Assembly (NCBI GenBank): GCA_964633905.1
Contig: CAZWIT010000001.1
Span: forward strand, 329-64,328
DNA length: 64,000 bases
Source of the DNA: an uncultured Gammaproteobacteria bacterium
Lineage (GTDB): Bacteria > Patescibacteriota > Patescibacteriia > UBA1558 > GWA2-36-10
Reading direction: 5' to 3'
Shown: piece by piece, positions 19,867-32,639 of the stretch
Layout of the letters: each line of letters begins with the position of its first letter
Numbering within the stretch: the stretch's first letter is position 1
Program-made: the position numbers and the translations under genes
The notes under the pieces: model-generated
Seen by the model: the letters and a program-made list of their open reading frames with translations, nothing else
Databases searched by the model: none
What the model was told of the DNA's origin: nothing

Positions 19867-20295
19867 ATGTTTAATTATAGTAATAAAACAAAATTAATAG
19901 GCTTTGGAATTTTGACTGTTTTAATTGTTTTTGTTATTTGGCTAGTCAATTATGAAGATAGTCGTAGTCAGGATATCCTGATGATGTCGCAAAGTAAAAA
20001 TCTAGCCAATGGTTTAGAAAGATATTATAGTCAATTTAGATCATATCCAGAATCAGAAGCTACTAGTCTTGTTAATCTGCTTAGTCTTTCAGAGAATGGT
20101 TTTAATATAACCGGCACTGTAAACTACTGGTCTTTAGATCAGGATTGGTTAAGAGAAGGTATTTATCAGAGTGATGGGCAACAATATACTATTCAGTTTA
20201 ATTTAAATCATGGTTGGCAAGCTTTAGGTTTAAAATCAGGCGGTGGCTTATGTCAGCTTTTGACTGGAGTAGTGTGGCAGTGCGTTAGTCAATAA
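19867..20295 (+). CDS. Pilin/GspG-like membrane protein without a clear prepilin cleavage motif
   Basis: N-terminal TM, SRSQD..LANGLERYY..YP, YTIQFNL, C-terminal Cys pair. Confidence 0.6.
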   Translation: MFNYSNKTKLIGFGILTVLIVFVIWLVNYEDSRSQDILMMSQSKNLANGLERYYSQFRSYPESEATSLVNLLSLSENGFNITGTVNYWSLDQDWLREGIYQSDGQQYTIQFNLNHGWQALGLKSGGGLCQLLTGVVWQCVSQ

Positions 20296-20381
20296 TTTTT
20301 ATTAAATTAGGTCTAATTTTAGAATAATGATCATTGGTATTTGGCAATGACTTTTAGGGCCTATTATGGTATAATAAAACT

Positions 20382-21164
20382 ATGATTTACGGAATTATAG
20401 TTTTTATTTTTGGACTTTTTATTGGCAGTTTTTTGAATGTGGTTATTTATAGGCTGCATCGCCAAGAGTCTTTTATTAAAGGTTTTTCTAAGTGTTTATT
20501 TTGTGGTCACCGACTTTATCCTAAGGATTTGGTGCCTTTATTTAGTTTTGTTTGGCTGAAAGGAAAGTGTCGCTATTGTCAACACCATTTTTCTAAACAG
20601 TATTTTTTGGTAGAGCTCGCTACTGCTTTGGGTTTTCTTTTAATTTATTTTAAGTTTTTGCCAAATGGTTTAGAATTTGCAAGTAGTGCTGCTATTTGGC
20701 AATTATGGTTTAGCTTTAGCATGTTAGCTTTTTTAGTTATAATTTTTGTTTATGATTTTAAATATTATTTAATATTAGACTCGGTAGTATTACCAGCTAT
20801 TATTTTAGCTTTTATTTTTAATCTAAGTTTAGGGGCAAATTTTTTAAATTTATTATTGGCAGCAGTTTTAGCATCAGGCTTCTTTTTATTCCAATTCATA
20901 GTCTCTAAAGGCACTTGGATTGGTGGTGGTGATATTCGTCTCGGATTTTTAATGGGCGCGATTTTGGGCTGGACACAGGTTTTGACAGCTTTATTTCTAG
21001 CCTATATTATGGGCAGTATTTTTAGCATTGGTCTACTATTGAGCAAAAAGAAGCAAATGTCTGATAAGGTGCCTTTTGGGACTTTTTTAACTTTAGCCAC
21101 TTTTATTAGTATGTTATATGGCCCAGCGCTTTATAACTGGTATGTATCTTTATTTAATTACTAA
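20382..21164 (+). CDS. pilD: Prepilin peptidase
   Basis: GSFLNVVIYRL, two CxxC, YDFK, GGGDIRL, VPFGTFL. Confidence 0.97.
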   Translation: MIYGIIVFIFGLFIGSFLNVVIYRLHRQESFIKGFSKCLFCGHRLYPKDLVPLFSFVWLKGKCRYCQHHFSKQYFLVELATALGFLLIYFKFLPNGLEFASSAAIWQLWFSFSMLAFLVIIFVYDFKYYLILDSVVLPAIILAFIFNLSLGANFLNLLLAAVLASGFFLFQFIVSKGTWIGGGDIRLGFLMGAILGWTQVLTALFLAYIMGSIFSIGLLLSKKKQMSDKVPFGTFLTLATFISMLYGPALYNWYVSLFNY

Positions 21165-21168
21165 TTAT

Positions 21169-21921
21169 ATGTTTTACAAAAACAATATTAAAAAAAATGG
21201 GTTTACTTTAGTTGAAATTTTGATAGTTATAGCTATAATGGCTACCTTATCAGTTTTATTCATAATTAGTATCAAGAGCACTATTCATCAGAATTTTAAT
21301 AAAGACATATATAATTTAACTAACGATTTTCGCTATGCGCGCAATTTAGCAGTATCTAGAACAGCATATGATGGGGGAGAGTATCCCGGCAAGTATGGCA
21401 TTCAGATGATTAATGGCAATGGCACTTCAGTTTCTGGTAGATATGTTCTTTATGCTGGCGATCGTTATCAAAATAAAATTATTAAAAGCGTTACGTTTAG
21501 TGATCCTAGATTTAGGATTGGCGATTTTAATGCTAGTACTACCATTGCTCAAAATAATTGGTCAGCTAATTTTGAATTTATTGATGAAAATACAGTTAAT
21601 ACATATAATTTAAATTTAAGTTCAGGTCAACAATATCAGATATTTTTACAGTATCCAGATGTTCAAGATGGTGTTAATGGCTATGTGCGAGCAGTAATAT
21701 TATTAGGCCAAAAGTCTGGTGATGATTTTGTCTGGGGTAATATTGGCAATTACGGCAGCTTTTCAGCTTTTCAGTGTCGTAACGGCATATTAGAACCAGG
21801 CGAAGAGTGTGATGATGGTAATAATATTGAAACTGATGCTTGTAGATATTGTGAGATTTATAATGTTCGTAATCCCAATGATCGCCCTATTGAAGGTGGT
21901 GGCGGTGGAATTTTTGAATAA
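21169..21921 (+). CDS. Minor pilin (FimU/GspH-like) with C-terminal Cys-rich repeat
   Basis: NG|FTLVEIL; D.RYARNLA; CRNGILEPGEECDDGNNIETDACRYC. Confidence 0.85.
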   Translation: MFYKNNIKKNGFTLVEILIVIAIMATLSVLFIISIKSTIHQNFNKDIYNLTNDFRYARNLAVSRTAYDGGEYPGKYGIQMINGNGTSVSGRYVLYAGDRYQNKIIKSVTFSDPRFRIGDFNASTTIAQNNWSANFEFIDENTVNTYNLNLSSGQQYQIFLQYPDVQDGVNGYVRAVILLGQKSGDDFVWGNIGNYGSFSAFQCRNGILEPGEECDDGNNIETDACRYCEIYNVRNPNDRPIEGGGGGIFE

Positions 21922-21937
21922 TTGGTAATTTTATAAA

Positions 21938-22603
21938 GTGTATATAAGAAAGATAGACAATAAAAGTGGTTTTACTATTATAGAGGTTTTAGTTACCTTA
22001 CTAGTTTTTGCAATTGGTTTAGTGGCTATCTATACTTTGTCAGAATCTAATCTGAATTCTATCCGTAATAATTTTCGTAAAACTTTGGCTGCTAATTTAG
22101 GACGAGAAGCAATCGAGCTTATTCGTAATCAACGAGATAGTAATTGGTTGGCTATTGAGGCCAATGCTGATTGTGATCCTAGTGATGCTTCTATAATTTG
22201 TCTTTGGGACAATGGTCTTAAGGCGGATTACGTAACAGTTTCTTTTAATGAGTCTCAGCCAATTGTTTTAAGTTGTGCTAGCTTTGATGAATGTTTGGCT
22301 TTGCGAGAATCAAGGGTCTATGTGCACCAAGATAGCGAAAAATATTATGTCAGCAATCTATTGAATCCGCAGGACCCAATAGATGTTTATACTAGTATGA
22401 ATAGAGTAGTTAGACTACAAGCTATTTGTCGGGATATTAGTAAAGACCTAAATGATGCTGGTGGTCAGGAAAGTGTTAGTAATTTATCGGAATGTTTAAG
22501 TGGCACCAAGGTTGGTGTCCAGGCTACTGTACGTTTGCAGTGGTATTCTTTAAATAAAAAACAATCGTTAGATATTGTTGAAAAAATATATAACTGGCGT
22601 TAG
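21938..22603 (+). CDS. Minor pilin (PilV-like)
   Basis: SG|FTIIEVL; ANLGREAIELIRNQRDSNW; IYNWR end. Confidence 0.85.
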   Translation: MYIRKIDNKSGFTIIEVLVTLLVFAIGLVAIYTLSESNLNSIRNNFRKTLAANLGREAIELIRNQRDSNWLAIEANADCDPSDASIICLWDNGLKADYVTVSFNESQPIVLSCASFDECLALRESRVYVHQDSEKYYVSNLLNPQDPIDVYTSMNRVVRLQAICRDISKDLNDAGGQESVSNLSECLSGTKVGVQATVRLQWYSLNKKQSLDIVEKIYNWR

Positions 22604-22604
22604 T

Positions 22605-23231
22605 ATGTTTAGTGGTTTGGATAGACAAAAAAATAAGGGCTTTACTTTGGTGGAAATTTTAGTTGCCATTGCTGTTTTTGCAATGCTTTCGACTATTTTT
22701 ACAATGATTTATGTACTCATTTCTCAAAATCAACATCGAGCTAAAGCATCGCAATTGCTTTTAAATAATTCACTTTACGCTTTAGAGATAATAGCTCAAG
22801 ATCTAAAAAATAATGAGTTAGATTACAATTTTATTTTGCCTGATAATGATCCGAATCGGCCTGACTGCAGCTCTTTAAACTGCATGGTCTTTAAAAGAAT
22901 AGATGGTTCTTTGGCAATTTATTCAAATCCGGATTGGGCAAATGATTCTCTTTTTTATGGTGTCTATACTTGTGATCCTTATCCAGATATTTGTATTGTA
23001 GAAAATATAAATTTAGTAGAAATTTTATCACCTCGCTTAAATCATGTTAAGGTTGATTATTTGCATTTTTTTGTAGAGCCAGTAACAGCTGATCCTTATT
23101 TAAGTCAGACAGTCAATATTAGCCCTAGGGTAACTATTGTTTTAAAGACTAGCTACTATAGTCAAGTTGAATCAGAACAAATTAGTTATACTTTACAAAC
23201 TACAGTTTCTTCTCGTATTTATAAACGTTAA
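22605..23231 (+). CDS. Minor pilin (PilW-like)
   Basis: KG|FTLVEIL; PRVTI; LQTTVSSR end. Confidence 0.85.
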   Translation: MFSGLDRQKNKGFTLVEILVAIAVFAMLSTIFTMIYVLISQNQHRAKASQLLLNNSLYALEIIAQDLKNNELDYNFILPDNDPNRPDCSSLNCMVFKRIDGSLAIYSNPDWANDSLFYGVYTCDPYPDICIVENINLVEILSPRLNHVKVDYLHFFVEPVTADPYLSQTVNISPRVTIVLKTSYYSQVESEQISYTLQTTVSSRIYKR

Positions 23232-23234
23232 TTT

Positions 23235-26215
<2,981 letters not shown>

Positions 26216-26225
26216 AATAAAAATT

Positions 26226-26813
26226 ATGTCATGGTTAGTAACTAATATTTACATTTTTATTCTAGCAATATTTTTAGCTATTTTAGAAATACAGATAGAA
26301 GGGCCACATGGTTGGGCAAGAAATTTACCTACTTGGCGTCCAAAAAGCAAGGGCTTAATTTTGCGTTTTTATCAAAAATTAATGAGTGATCGGGAAGCTA
26401 CGGGCTATCATATGGTAATGTTTACTTTTGTATTATTGATTTTTCATTTGCCTTATGTCTTTGGGCTTAGTATTAGTTGGGAGCATTGGTTGCAGACCAT
26501 GTCTTATTTTTTTATATTTGTAGTTTTATGGGATTTTCTCTGGTTTGTATTAAATCCGCATTATCCTTTAAAACAATTTAAAAAAGAGCATATTTGGTGG
26601 CATAAACGTTGGCGTTTGGGCTTACCAGTTGATTACTATGGTAGTGTAATACTTTCTTTAATGATCTTATTACCTTTTATTTGGGTGCATAGCGATTTGT
26701 CTTTGCTTATTTGGTGGCTGGCTAATATAGGGGCTTTTTTAGTAGAAACTTTGCTTTTGATTTCATTTACTTTATATGTTTTAAAAATTGATAATTGGCA
26801 CAATAAAAAATAG
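26226..26813 (+). CDS. Conserved-looking membrane protein of unknown function
   Basis: EIQIEGPHGWARNLPTW, WDFLWFVLNP, several TM segments. Confidence 0.75.
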   Translation: MSWLVTNIYIFILAIFLAILEIQIEGPHGWARNLPTWRPKSKGLILRFYQKLMSDREATGYHMVMFTFVLLIFHLPYVFGLSISWEHWLQTMSYFFIFVVLWDFLWFVLNPHYPLKQFKKEHIWWHKRWRLGLPVDYYGSVILSLMILLPFIWVHSDLSLLIWWLANIGAFLVETLLLISFTLYVLKIDNWHNKK

Positions 26814-26849
26814 CTTGCCAGTGTCTATAATATTGGTTAAGATTAGCTT

Positions 26850-27137
26850 ATGGGATTTGATAAAAAGGAAATTTTAGCATTAGCCGCTTTGGCAAAATTG
26901 AATTTGAGTGAGCAAGAAATTAAGGGTTATCAGCAACAATTAGCTGAGGTTTTAGCTTATGTTAATAAAATAAAAAAGATTAAATTAGATCAGCCAAAGG
27001 CTACTTTTGCCAATTTAGAAATAAATAATTTAGAGCTAAGACCCGATACTGTTAGTTCTAGCGATGGGCAAGTTTTTAAACAAGCTCATAATATTAGCAA
27101 GGATTATTTAGTGGCACCAAACGTTTTTAAAAAATAA
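26850..27137 (+). CDS. gatC: Asp/Glu-tRNA amidotransferase subunit C
   Basis: LAALAKL, LRPD, YLVAPNV; precedes gatA. Confidence 0.88.
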   Translation: MGFDKKEILALAALAKLNLSEQEIKGYQQQLAEVLAYVNKIKKIKLDQPKATFANLEINNLELRPDTVSSSDGQVFKQAHNISKDYLVAPNVFKK

Positions 27138-27138
27138 T

Positions 27139-28578
27139 ATGGCTATTGATGATATAAAAAATTTAACTATTGATAAAATTCAGGCTGGGTTTAAGGCTAA
27201 AGATTTTTCTTGTTTAGAAATCACCCAAGCTTATTTAAAAGCTATCAAGAAAGACCAGACAAATTCTTTTATTAGTATTAATGAACAAGCTGAACAAGAA
27301 GCTAAAAAAATTGACCAATTAATGGCTAATAAAAAAGTTCACGTTTTAACAGGCGTGCCTATAGCCATTAAAGATATTATTTTGGTAAAAGATTTAAAAG
27401 CAACGGCCGCTTCTAAAATATTAGAAAATTATACTGCTCCTTTTACAGCTACGGCTGTGGCGCGTTTACAGGAAAAGGGGATGATTGTTTTGGGCAAAAC
27501 TAATTGTGATGAATTTGCCATGGGTTCTTCTAATGAGAATTCTAGTTTTGGACCAGTAAAAAATCCTTTGGACTTAAAACGGGTTCCGGGTGGTTCTTCT
27601 GGTGGTTCGGCAGCAGCGGTGGCTGCTAATTTAGCCCCAGTAGCCTTAGGCACTGATACTGGTGGTTCAATTAGGCAACCAGCGTCTTTCTGTGGCCTGG
27701 TTGGCCTTAAACCTACTTATGGCAGAGTATCGCGTTATGGCTCAATGGCTATGGCTTCTTCGCTTGATCAGATCGGCCCCCTGACCAGATCGGTAAAAGA
27801 CGCAGCTTATTTATTACAGATTATGGCTGGTGCTGATAAAAAAGACGCCACCACTTTAAAGGCAATAGTGCCAGACTATTTGGCTAATATTGATAAAGTA
27901 AATAAAAATTTACGCTTAGGTTTACCTAAGGAATACTTTGGTAAAGGTTTGAATCCAGAAATTAGCCAGAGCATTAAACAAGTCATAAATTTTCTAAAAA
28001 AACAGGGCTTTAAGATAAAAGAAGTTAGTTTACCTAGTACAGATTATGCTCTAGCTGCTTATTATCTATTAATGCCAGCCGAGGTGAGCTCTAATTTAGC
28101 TCGTTTTGATGGCTTGCTTTATGGTCTGAGCGCTAAGAGTAATTTGAATTTAGATGATTGGTATAAACAAGTGCGCTCAAAGGGTTTTAGTGCCGAAAGT
28201 AAGCGTAGAATTATTTTAGGCACTTATATTTTATCAGCTGGATATTATGATGCTTATTATAAGCAGGCACAAAGAGTGCGAACTATGATAAAACAAGACT
28301 ATGCTAAAGTTTTTAAAGAAGTAGATGTATTACTGACACCAGCAACCCCGACCACAGCTTTTAAATTAGGAGAAAAAACAAAAGATCCTTTAGATATGTA
28401 TTTATCAGATGTTTACACAGTGTCAGCAAATATTGCTGGTATTTGTGGCTTAGTTGTGCCTATTGCTCAAGATAAAAACAAATTACCCATTGGTCTACAG
28501 CTTTTATCTAGTCAATTATCAGAAGAAAAATTATTTAATTTAGGAAATTATTTAGAAAAAACATATGAGCTTAAATAA
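27139..28578 (+). CDS. gatA: Asp/Glu-tRNA amidotransferase subunit A
   Basis: GKTNCDEFAMGSS, PGGSSGGSAAAVA, GTDTGGSIRQPA, RRIILGTY. Confidence 0.97.
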   Translation: MAIDDIKNLTIDKIQAGFKAKDFSCLEITQAYLKAIKKDQTNSFISINEQAEQEAKKIDQLMANKKVHVLTGVPIAIKDIILVKDLKATAASKILENYTAPFTATAVARLQEKGMIVLGKTNCDEFAMGSSNENSSFGPVKNPLDLKRVPGGSSGGSAAAVAANLAPVALGTDTGGSIRQPASFCGLVGLKPTYGRVSRYGSMAMASSLDQIGPLTRSVKDAAYLLQIMAGADKKDATTLKAIVPDYLANIDKVNKNLRLGLPKEYFGKGLNPEISQSIKQVINFLKKQGFKIKEVSLPSTDYALAAYYLLMPAEVSSNLARFDGLLYGLSAKSNLNLDDWYKQVRSKGFSAESKRRIILGTYILSAGYYDAYYKQAQRVRTMIKQDYAKVFKEVDVLLTPATPTTAFKLGEKTKDPLDMYLSDVYTVSANIAGICGLVVPIAQDKNKLPIGLQLLSSQLSEEKLFNLGNYLEKTYELK

Positions 28579-29353
28579 TAGAGTTAGGCAACGTCTAGCC
28601 GATGAAGTGGCAAAAAGTTATTATAAGTCTTGGCATAAGCGTTGGTGGGGCAGATTATTAATGCTACTATTAGTATTGCTTGCTATTGTTTTTATTTATT
28701 TTTTATTTTTGATTTTTAATAATATTAATCACATCAGAAAAGGTGATATCTATTCTAAAGAAACAGCTGCTTGGGTTACGGAAGATGAGTTTAAAGCTAA
28801 TCAAAAAATTACAGCCGAACTTTTAACTGATGATGATCCATGGCTTGGTGCCGAAGATCCAATAATATATATTGTTGCTTATGAATCTTTTGGCTGTCCC
28901 TATTGTAAAGATAATCAAACAGATATTAAACAATTATTACAAAAATTTAGTCCTATTGTACGTTTTATAGCCAAAGATTTTCCTAATGAAGGCACGCATC
29001 CTAATGTCATGAATGCTCACTTAGCTGCCGCTTGCGCTAATGAGCAGGGTAAATATTGGGAACTTAGAGATGTTTTATATGCTAATCAAGCTACTGAAGA
29101 AACTCCAGAGAATTTTTCTAAAGAAAATATTAAGAAATTAGCCAAAGAAAACGGTCTTAATATGCAGCAATTTACTAAGTGTTTAGACGAAGAAAAATAT
29201 TCTCAAGAAATTAGACAAGATTTTGCTAGCGGTGTGCAGATTGGAGTTGTGGGCACGCCTTCTTATATGATTAATGGTAATGTGATTCCTGGTGAAATCA
29301 AGTTTGATATTTGGGAAAAAATTATTGGCTATATTATAAAAAACGAACAATAA
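28565..29353 (+). CDS. Membrane-anchored DsbA-family thiol-disulfide oxidoreductase
   Basis: TM, CPYC, AAACANEQGKYW, GTPS. Confidence 0.9.
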   Translation: MSLNNRVRQRLADEVAKSYYKSWHKRWWGRLLMLLLVLLAIVFIYFLFLIFNNINHIRKGDIYSKETAAWVTEDEFKANQKITAELLTDDDPWLGAEDPIIYIVAYESFGCPYCKDNQTDIKQLLQKFSPIVRFIAKDFPNEGTHPNVMNAHLAAACANEQGKYWELRDVLYANQATEETPENFSKENIKKLAKENGLNMQQFTKCLDEEKYSQEIRQDFASGVQIGVVGTPSYMINGNVIPGEIKFDIWEKIIGYIIKNEQ

Positions 29354-29354
29354 A

Positions 29355-30161
29355 ATGATGTGGTGGCATAATTTTTTACCCCAAGCTACTATTTTTACTA
29401 TTGGCGAAGTATCTATTCGTTGGTATGGTTTGATTTTAGTTAGCAGTATAATACTGGCCGCTATTTATGCAGGGCGAACTTTTATTAAGCGTAATTTATT
29501 AAATTGGTCTCAATTTGAAGATTTAATTTTTTATTTAATTATTTTTAGTTTAATAGGAGCTAGGCTTGGTCACGTGCTTTATAGTTGGCCTTATTATCTT
29601 CATAATTTTTCAGATATTATAAAAATTTGGCAAGGTGGTATTTCTATTCAAGGAGCGACTCTGGCAGGTGTTTTGACTTTGTTTTGGTGGTGCAAAAAAC
29701 ATTCTTATAAGTTTTATGCATTAAGCGATGTGTTAGTAGTCAGTCTTGCTTTAGGACAAGCCTTGGGGCGTTGGGGTAACTATTTCAATCAAGAGCTATA
29801 CGGTAAACCTAGTGACGCTTGGTTTAGTATACCGATTGCCATGGAAAATAGATTTTTCCCTTATTATGATTTTACTCATTTTCAGCCCGTATTTTTTTAT
29901 GAGTCTATTCTTAATTTCCTTTTATTTGCTATTTTACATGTTTTAAGACAATTATTTGTTAATAAACAAGGTTTAGTAACCTGGGTTTATTTAGGGGCTT
30001 ATGGACTTATTAGGTTTGTAATGGAATTTATTAGGATAGATGATACGATGTTAATAGGGATTTGGCGTTTGCCACAGGTTTTTAGCCTATTGTTATTTTT
30101 ATTGGCTTTATTTTGGGTTTATTTTTATTATCTAAGGCCCTTGCCAAAAATGAAAAAATAG
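29355..30161 (+). CDS. lgt: Prolipoprotein diacylglyceryl transferase
   Basis: IRWYG, GARLGHV, GRWGNYFNQELYG, YES, RFVMEFIR. Confidence 0.96.
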   Translation: MMWWHNFLPQATIFTIGEVSIRWYGLILVSSIILAAIYAGRTFIKRNLLNWSQFEDLIFYLIIFSLIGARLGHVLYSWPYYLHNFSDIIKIWQGGISIQGATLAGVLTLFWWCKKHSYKFYALSDVLVVSLALGQALGRWGNYFNQELYGKPSDAWFSIPIAMENRFFPYYDFTHFQPVFFYESILNFLLFAILHVLRQLFVNKQGLVTWVYLGAYGLIRFVMEFIRIDDTMLIGIWRLPQVFSLLLFLLALFWVYFYYLRPLPKMKK

Positions 30162-30282
30162 GTTAATATATTGATGTTTTTTACGCGGGCTCGCCTCGCG
30201 GCGAAGCTTATAGTATTATAAGTAGCTTGGTCAGAAAAACAGACAATTTGTTTATTAATCCAGTTTTTATTTTTTAATACGC

Positions 30283-30359
30283 GGGGTCGTAGTTCAGTTG
30301 GTTAGAACGTCTGCCTGTCACGCAGAAGGTCGCGGGTTCGAGTCCCGTCGATCCCGCCA
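30283..30359 (+). tRNA. tRNA-Asp(GTC)
   Basis: GGGGTCGTAGTTCAGTTGGTTAGAACGTCTGCCT-GTC-ACGCAGAAGGTCGCGGGTTCGAGTCCCGTCGATCCCGCCA. Confidence 0.98.
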
Positions 30360-30380
30360 GATATTTGTATAAAGATTAAT

Positions 30381-30857
30381 ATGAAAAAAGAATTTGGCCC
30401 AGAGAGCGGTGAAATTAATAATAACCAGCAATCTGAACAAGAGGCCAATTTTTTATTAGCTGATAAAAATTTAGAAAATATTTTAGTTAAGATCGGTAAG
30501 ATTGAGGGCCAAGAGTGGGTAGAAAGACAGAGGCAATCATTTAGTGATAGCGATGCTGATGATTTTTACAGTTTAGGTCACGCTTTAAAAGCAGTAATAA
30601 GAGCAGGAGCTGATCTTGAGGTTTTGCGTCAGGAATTTGATATAGAGACCGATCAAGAAGAAAGACAATATTTAAGCGATGAAATAGAAAAGATCAAAAG
30701 TGGCCACGGTGCGGTTATTGCTGAAATTTATGGGGCTAATGGTTTTAATAGGTATTATGTGCGTTCTAATGGTGAAATTATTTTATCGTCTCAGCATATC
30801 GTGGGCGGAAATAGAGTTTTAGATTTAGCTAAGGAAATAGGTTTAAAAGTAGAATAA
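30381..30857 (+). CDS. Acidic hypothetical protein
   Basis: 158-aa ORF directly after tRNA-Asp, followed by a terminator hairpin. Confidence 0.75.
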   Translation: MKKEFGPESGEINNNQQSEQEANFLLADKNLENILVKIGKIEGQEWVERQRQSFSDSDADDFYSLGHALKAVIRAGADLEVLRQEFDIETDQEERQYLSDEIEKIKSGHGAVIAEIYGANGFNRYYVRSNGEIILSSQHIVGGNRVLDLAKEIGLKVE

Positions 30858-30859
30858 GT

Positions 30860-30883
30860 AAATCGCGTTAAACGCGATTTTTT
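30860..30883 (+). terminator. Intrinsic terminator
   Basis: aaatcgcgtt-a-aacgcgatttttt. Confidence 0.75.
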
Positions 30884-30898
30884 GATATAATAAAAAAT

Positions 30899-31276
30899 AT
30901 GAAATTATCTAAACAGTCATTATATATTTTGGCTACTTTTTTCTGGGCGGGTTTTATTTATTTTTTATCTGCTCAGCCAGACTTAAAAACATCATTGCCA
31001 ACTTGGTATGATTTGATTTTAAGAAAAATGGCTCATATTTTTGTTTTTGCAGTTTTAACTTATTTACTGGCTAAAACTTTTACTAAGCATAATAGGGGTA
31101 TTATTTTATTAGTAATTATACTAGCTATCTTTTACGCTTTGAGTGATGAAATTCATCAGTTAAATGTAGAAGGGCGTTATGGTAGTGCTAAAGATATTTT
31201 AATTGATAGCATTGGAGTGTTTTTAGGCATTTTTTATTTAAGACGAAAATATTATTTTAAAATTTTTAAAAAATAA
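30899..31276 (+). CDS. VanZ family membrane protein
   Basis: W..FIYFLSAQ, RKMAH, YALSDEIHQ..V.GR, DILID. Confidence 0.92.
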   Translation: MKLSKQSLYILATFFWAGFIYFLSAQPDLKTSLPTWYDLILRKMAHIFVFAVLTYLLAKTFTKHNRGIILLVIILAIFYALSDEIHQLNVEGRYGSAKDILIDSIGVFLGIFYLRRKYYFKIFKK

Positions 31277-31318
31277 AATACAGCCCTGCATCATACGGTG
31301 CAGGGCTGTATTTTATTT
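31271..31318. terminator. Bidirectional terminator between vanZ-like gene and rplT
   Basis: aaataaaatacagccctgca-N8-tgcagggctgtattttattt, 20-bp arms. Confidence 0.88.
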
Positions 31319-31324
31319 AGAGAA

Positions 31325-31672
31325 TTATTTTTTTAAACTTTTGATTAAGTTAGCAAAAGCTTCTGGTTGTTGTTTAGCAAGAATTGCTAAAACTTTGCGA
31401 TCTAATTCAACTTTATTTTTCTTAAGCAAATCAATAAAGCGAGAATAATTTAAATCATGTTCGCGGACAGCAGCATTGATAGATACTTGCCAGCTAGCAC
31501 GGGCCACTCTTTTTTTATTGTGGCGATCACGTAAGGCGTGTTTACCAGCGTGTAAAATAGCTTCACGAGCTACCTTGATCTTATTTTTGCGTCCCCAATT
31601 ATAACCCTTAGTTTTCTTTAAAACATTCTTGCGTCTCTTGATGTGGGCTTTACCTCTTTTTACTCTAGGCAT
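31325..31672 (-). CDS. rplT: 50S ribosomal protein L20
   Basis: MPRVKRG, W..INAAVR, YSRFI, LDRKVLA. Confidence 0.97.
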   Translation of the reverse strand: MPRVKRGKAHIKRRKNVLKKTKGYNWGRKNKIKVAREAILHAGKHALRDRHNKKRVARASWQVSINAAVREHDLNYSRFIDLLKKNKVELDRKVLAILAKQQPEAFANLIKSLKK

Positions 31673-31698
31673 ATCATTTATTACTTATAATTTATGGT

Positions 31699-31893
31699 TT
31701 ATAAATACGGTAACAATTTTGTTACAGCTTTTTTATTAACGGCAGACAATTGTTTGTCACGACGTTTATTTTTAGTTACTTTACCAGATTCGCGTGAATT
31801 AAAATGATCTTGGCCACCGCGTCTAATCATGATTTTGCCGCTGCCAGTAACTTTGACTCTTTTGCGGAATAGTTTTTTCGTCTTGAGTTTCAT
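31699..31893 (-). CDS. rpmI: 50S ribosomal protein L35
   Basis: KLKTKK..KRVKVTGSGK; between infC and rplT. Confidence 0.95.
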   Translation of the reverse strand: MKLKTKKLFRKRVKVTGSGKIMIRRGGQDHFNSRESGKVTKNKRRDKQLSAVNKKAVTKLLPYL

Positions 31894-31910
31894 AATATTA
31901 ATAAATTGGT

Positions 31911-32441
31911 TTATTTTTTGGTAATAATTATACTTAGAGTTCCGCCCATAATTTCTAATGGTTTATCAAGCTTATGCTCAAGCCCTAAAGTATTTAGAAA
32001 ATTTTCTAGCACTTCTTTGGCTTTTAAGCGGAAAGCTTTTTCGCGGCCTTTTAAACGTAGTTCGATCCTGGCTTTGTGACCTGCTTCTAAAAATTTTCGA
32101 GCCTGCTTTTGTTTAGTTTCAATATCGTGCTGGCCGATTTTTAAAGAAATACGAATTACTTTAGTATCAACTTTTTTCGTTTTATTTTTGCTACTTAAGC
32201 GATTTTGTTGATATTGCCATTTACCAAAATCAACAATACGACAGACAGGAGGCTGAGCTAAAGGGGATACCTCTACCAAGTCTAATTCTTGAGTACGAGC
32301 CATCTCTAAAGCTTGGGCAGTAGAAAATACGCCTAATTGTTCACCGTTTGAATCAATCACTCGCACTTCTTGAGCACGGATGTATTGATTGATTCGGTAA
32401 AATTTGCCGCTCGGTTGCGGTCGATTAAATCTAGGGTTCAA
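31911..32441 (-). CDS. infC: Translation initiation factor IF-3 (TTG start)
   Basis: RINQYIRAQEVRVID, LDLVEVSP..PPVCRIVDFGK, IGQHD. Confidence 0.96.
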   Translation of the reverse strand: MNPRFNRPQPSGKFYRINQYIRAQEVRVIDSNGEQLGVFSTAQALEMARTQELDLVEVSPLAQPPVCRIVDFGKWQYQQNRLSSKNKTKKVDTKVIRISLKIGQHDIETKQKQARKFLEAGHKARIELRLKGREKAFRLKAKEVLENFLNTLGLEHKLDKPLEIMGGTLSIIITKK

Positions 32442-32520
32442 GTTTTTCTCTTAGTTTATTAAATGATGTCTTAATTATCCTTTAGGGATTTATAAAACAT
32501 GGGGGAAAATTATTGTGTTG

Positions 32521-32639
32521 TGCCTTTCGGCTCGCTTTGCTCGCTCAAGGCATTCGCCTCCTAGGTGGTCGGAGTCCGAGGCAAAGCCGAGGATGTAGAC
32601 CATGAGCGAAGTCCCGAGTATACGAGGGACGGAGTCGAA
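32521..32639. repeat. GC-rich REP-like hairpin cluster directly downstream of tmRNA
   Basis: tgcctttcggctcgctttgctcgctcaaggca and an inverted relative catgagcgaagtcccgagtatacgagggacggagtcgaa. Confidence 0.65.

Noticed and set aside
30360-30883. Integrated element at tRNA-Asp
   Set aside because: No integrase and no duplicated tRNA 3' end found
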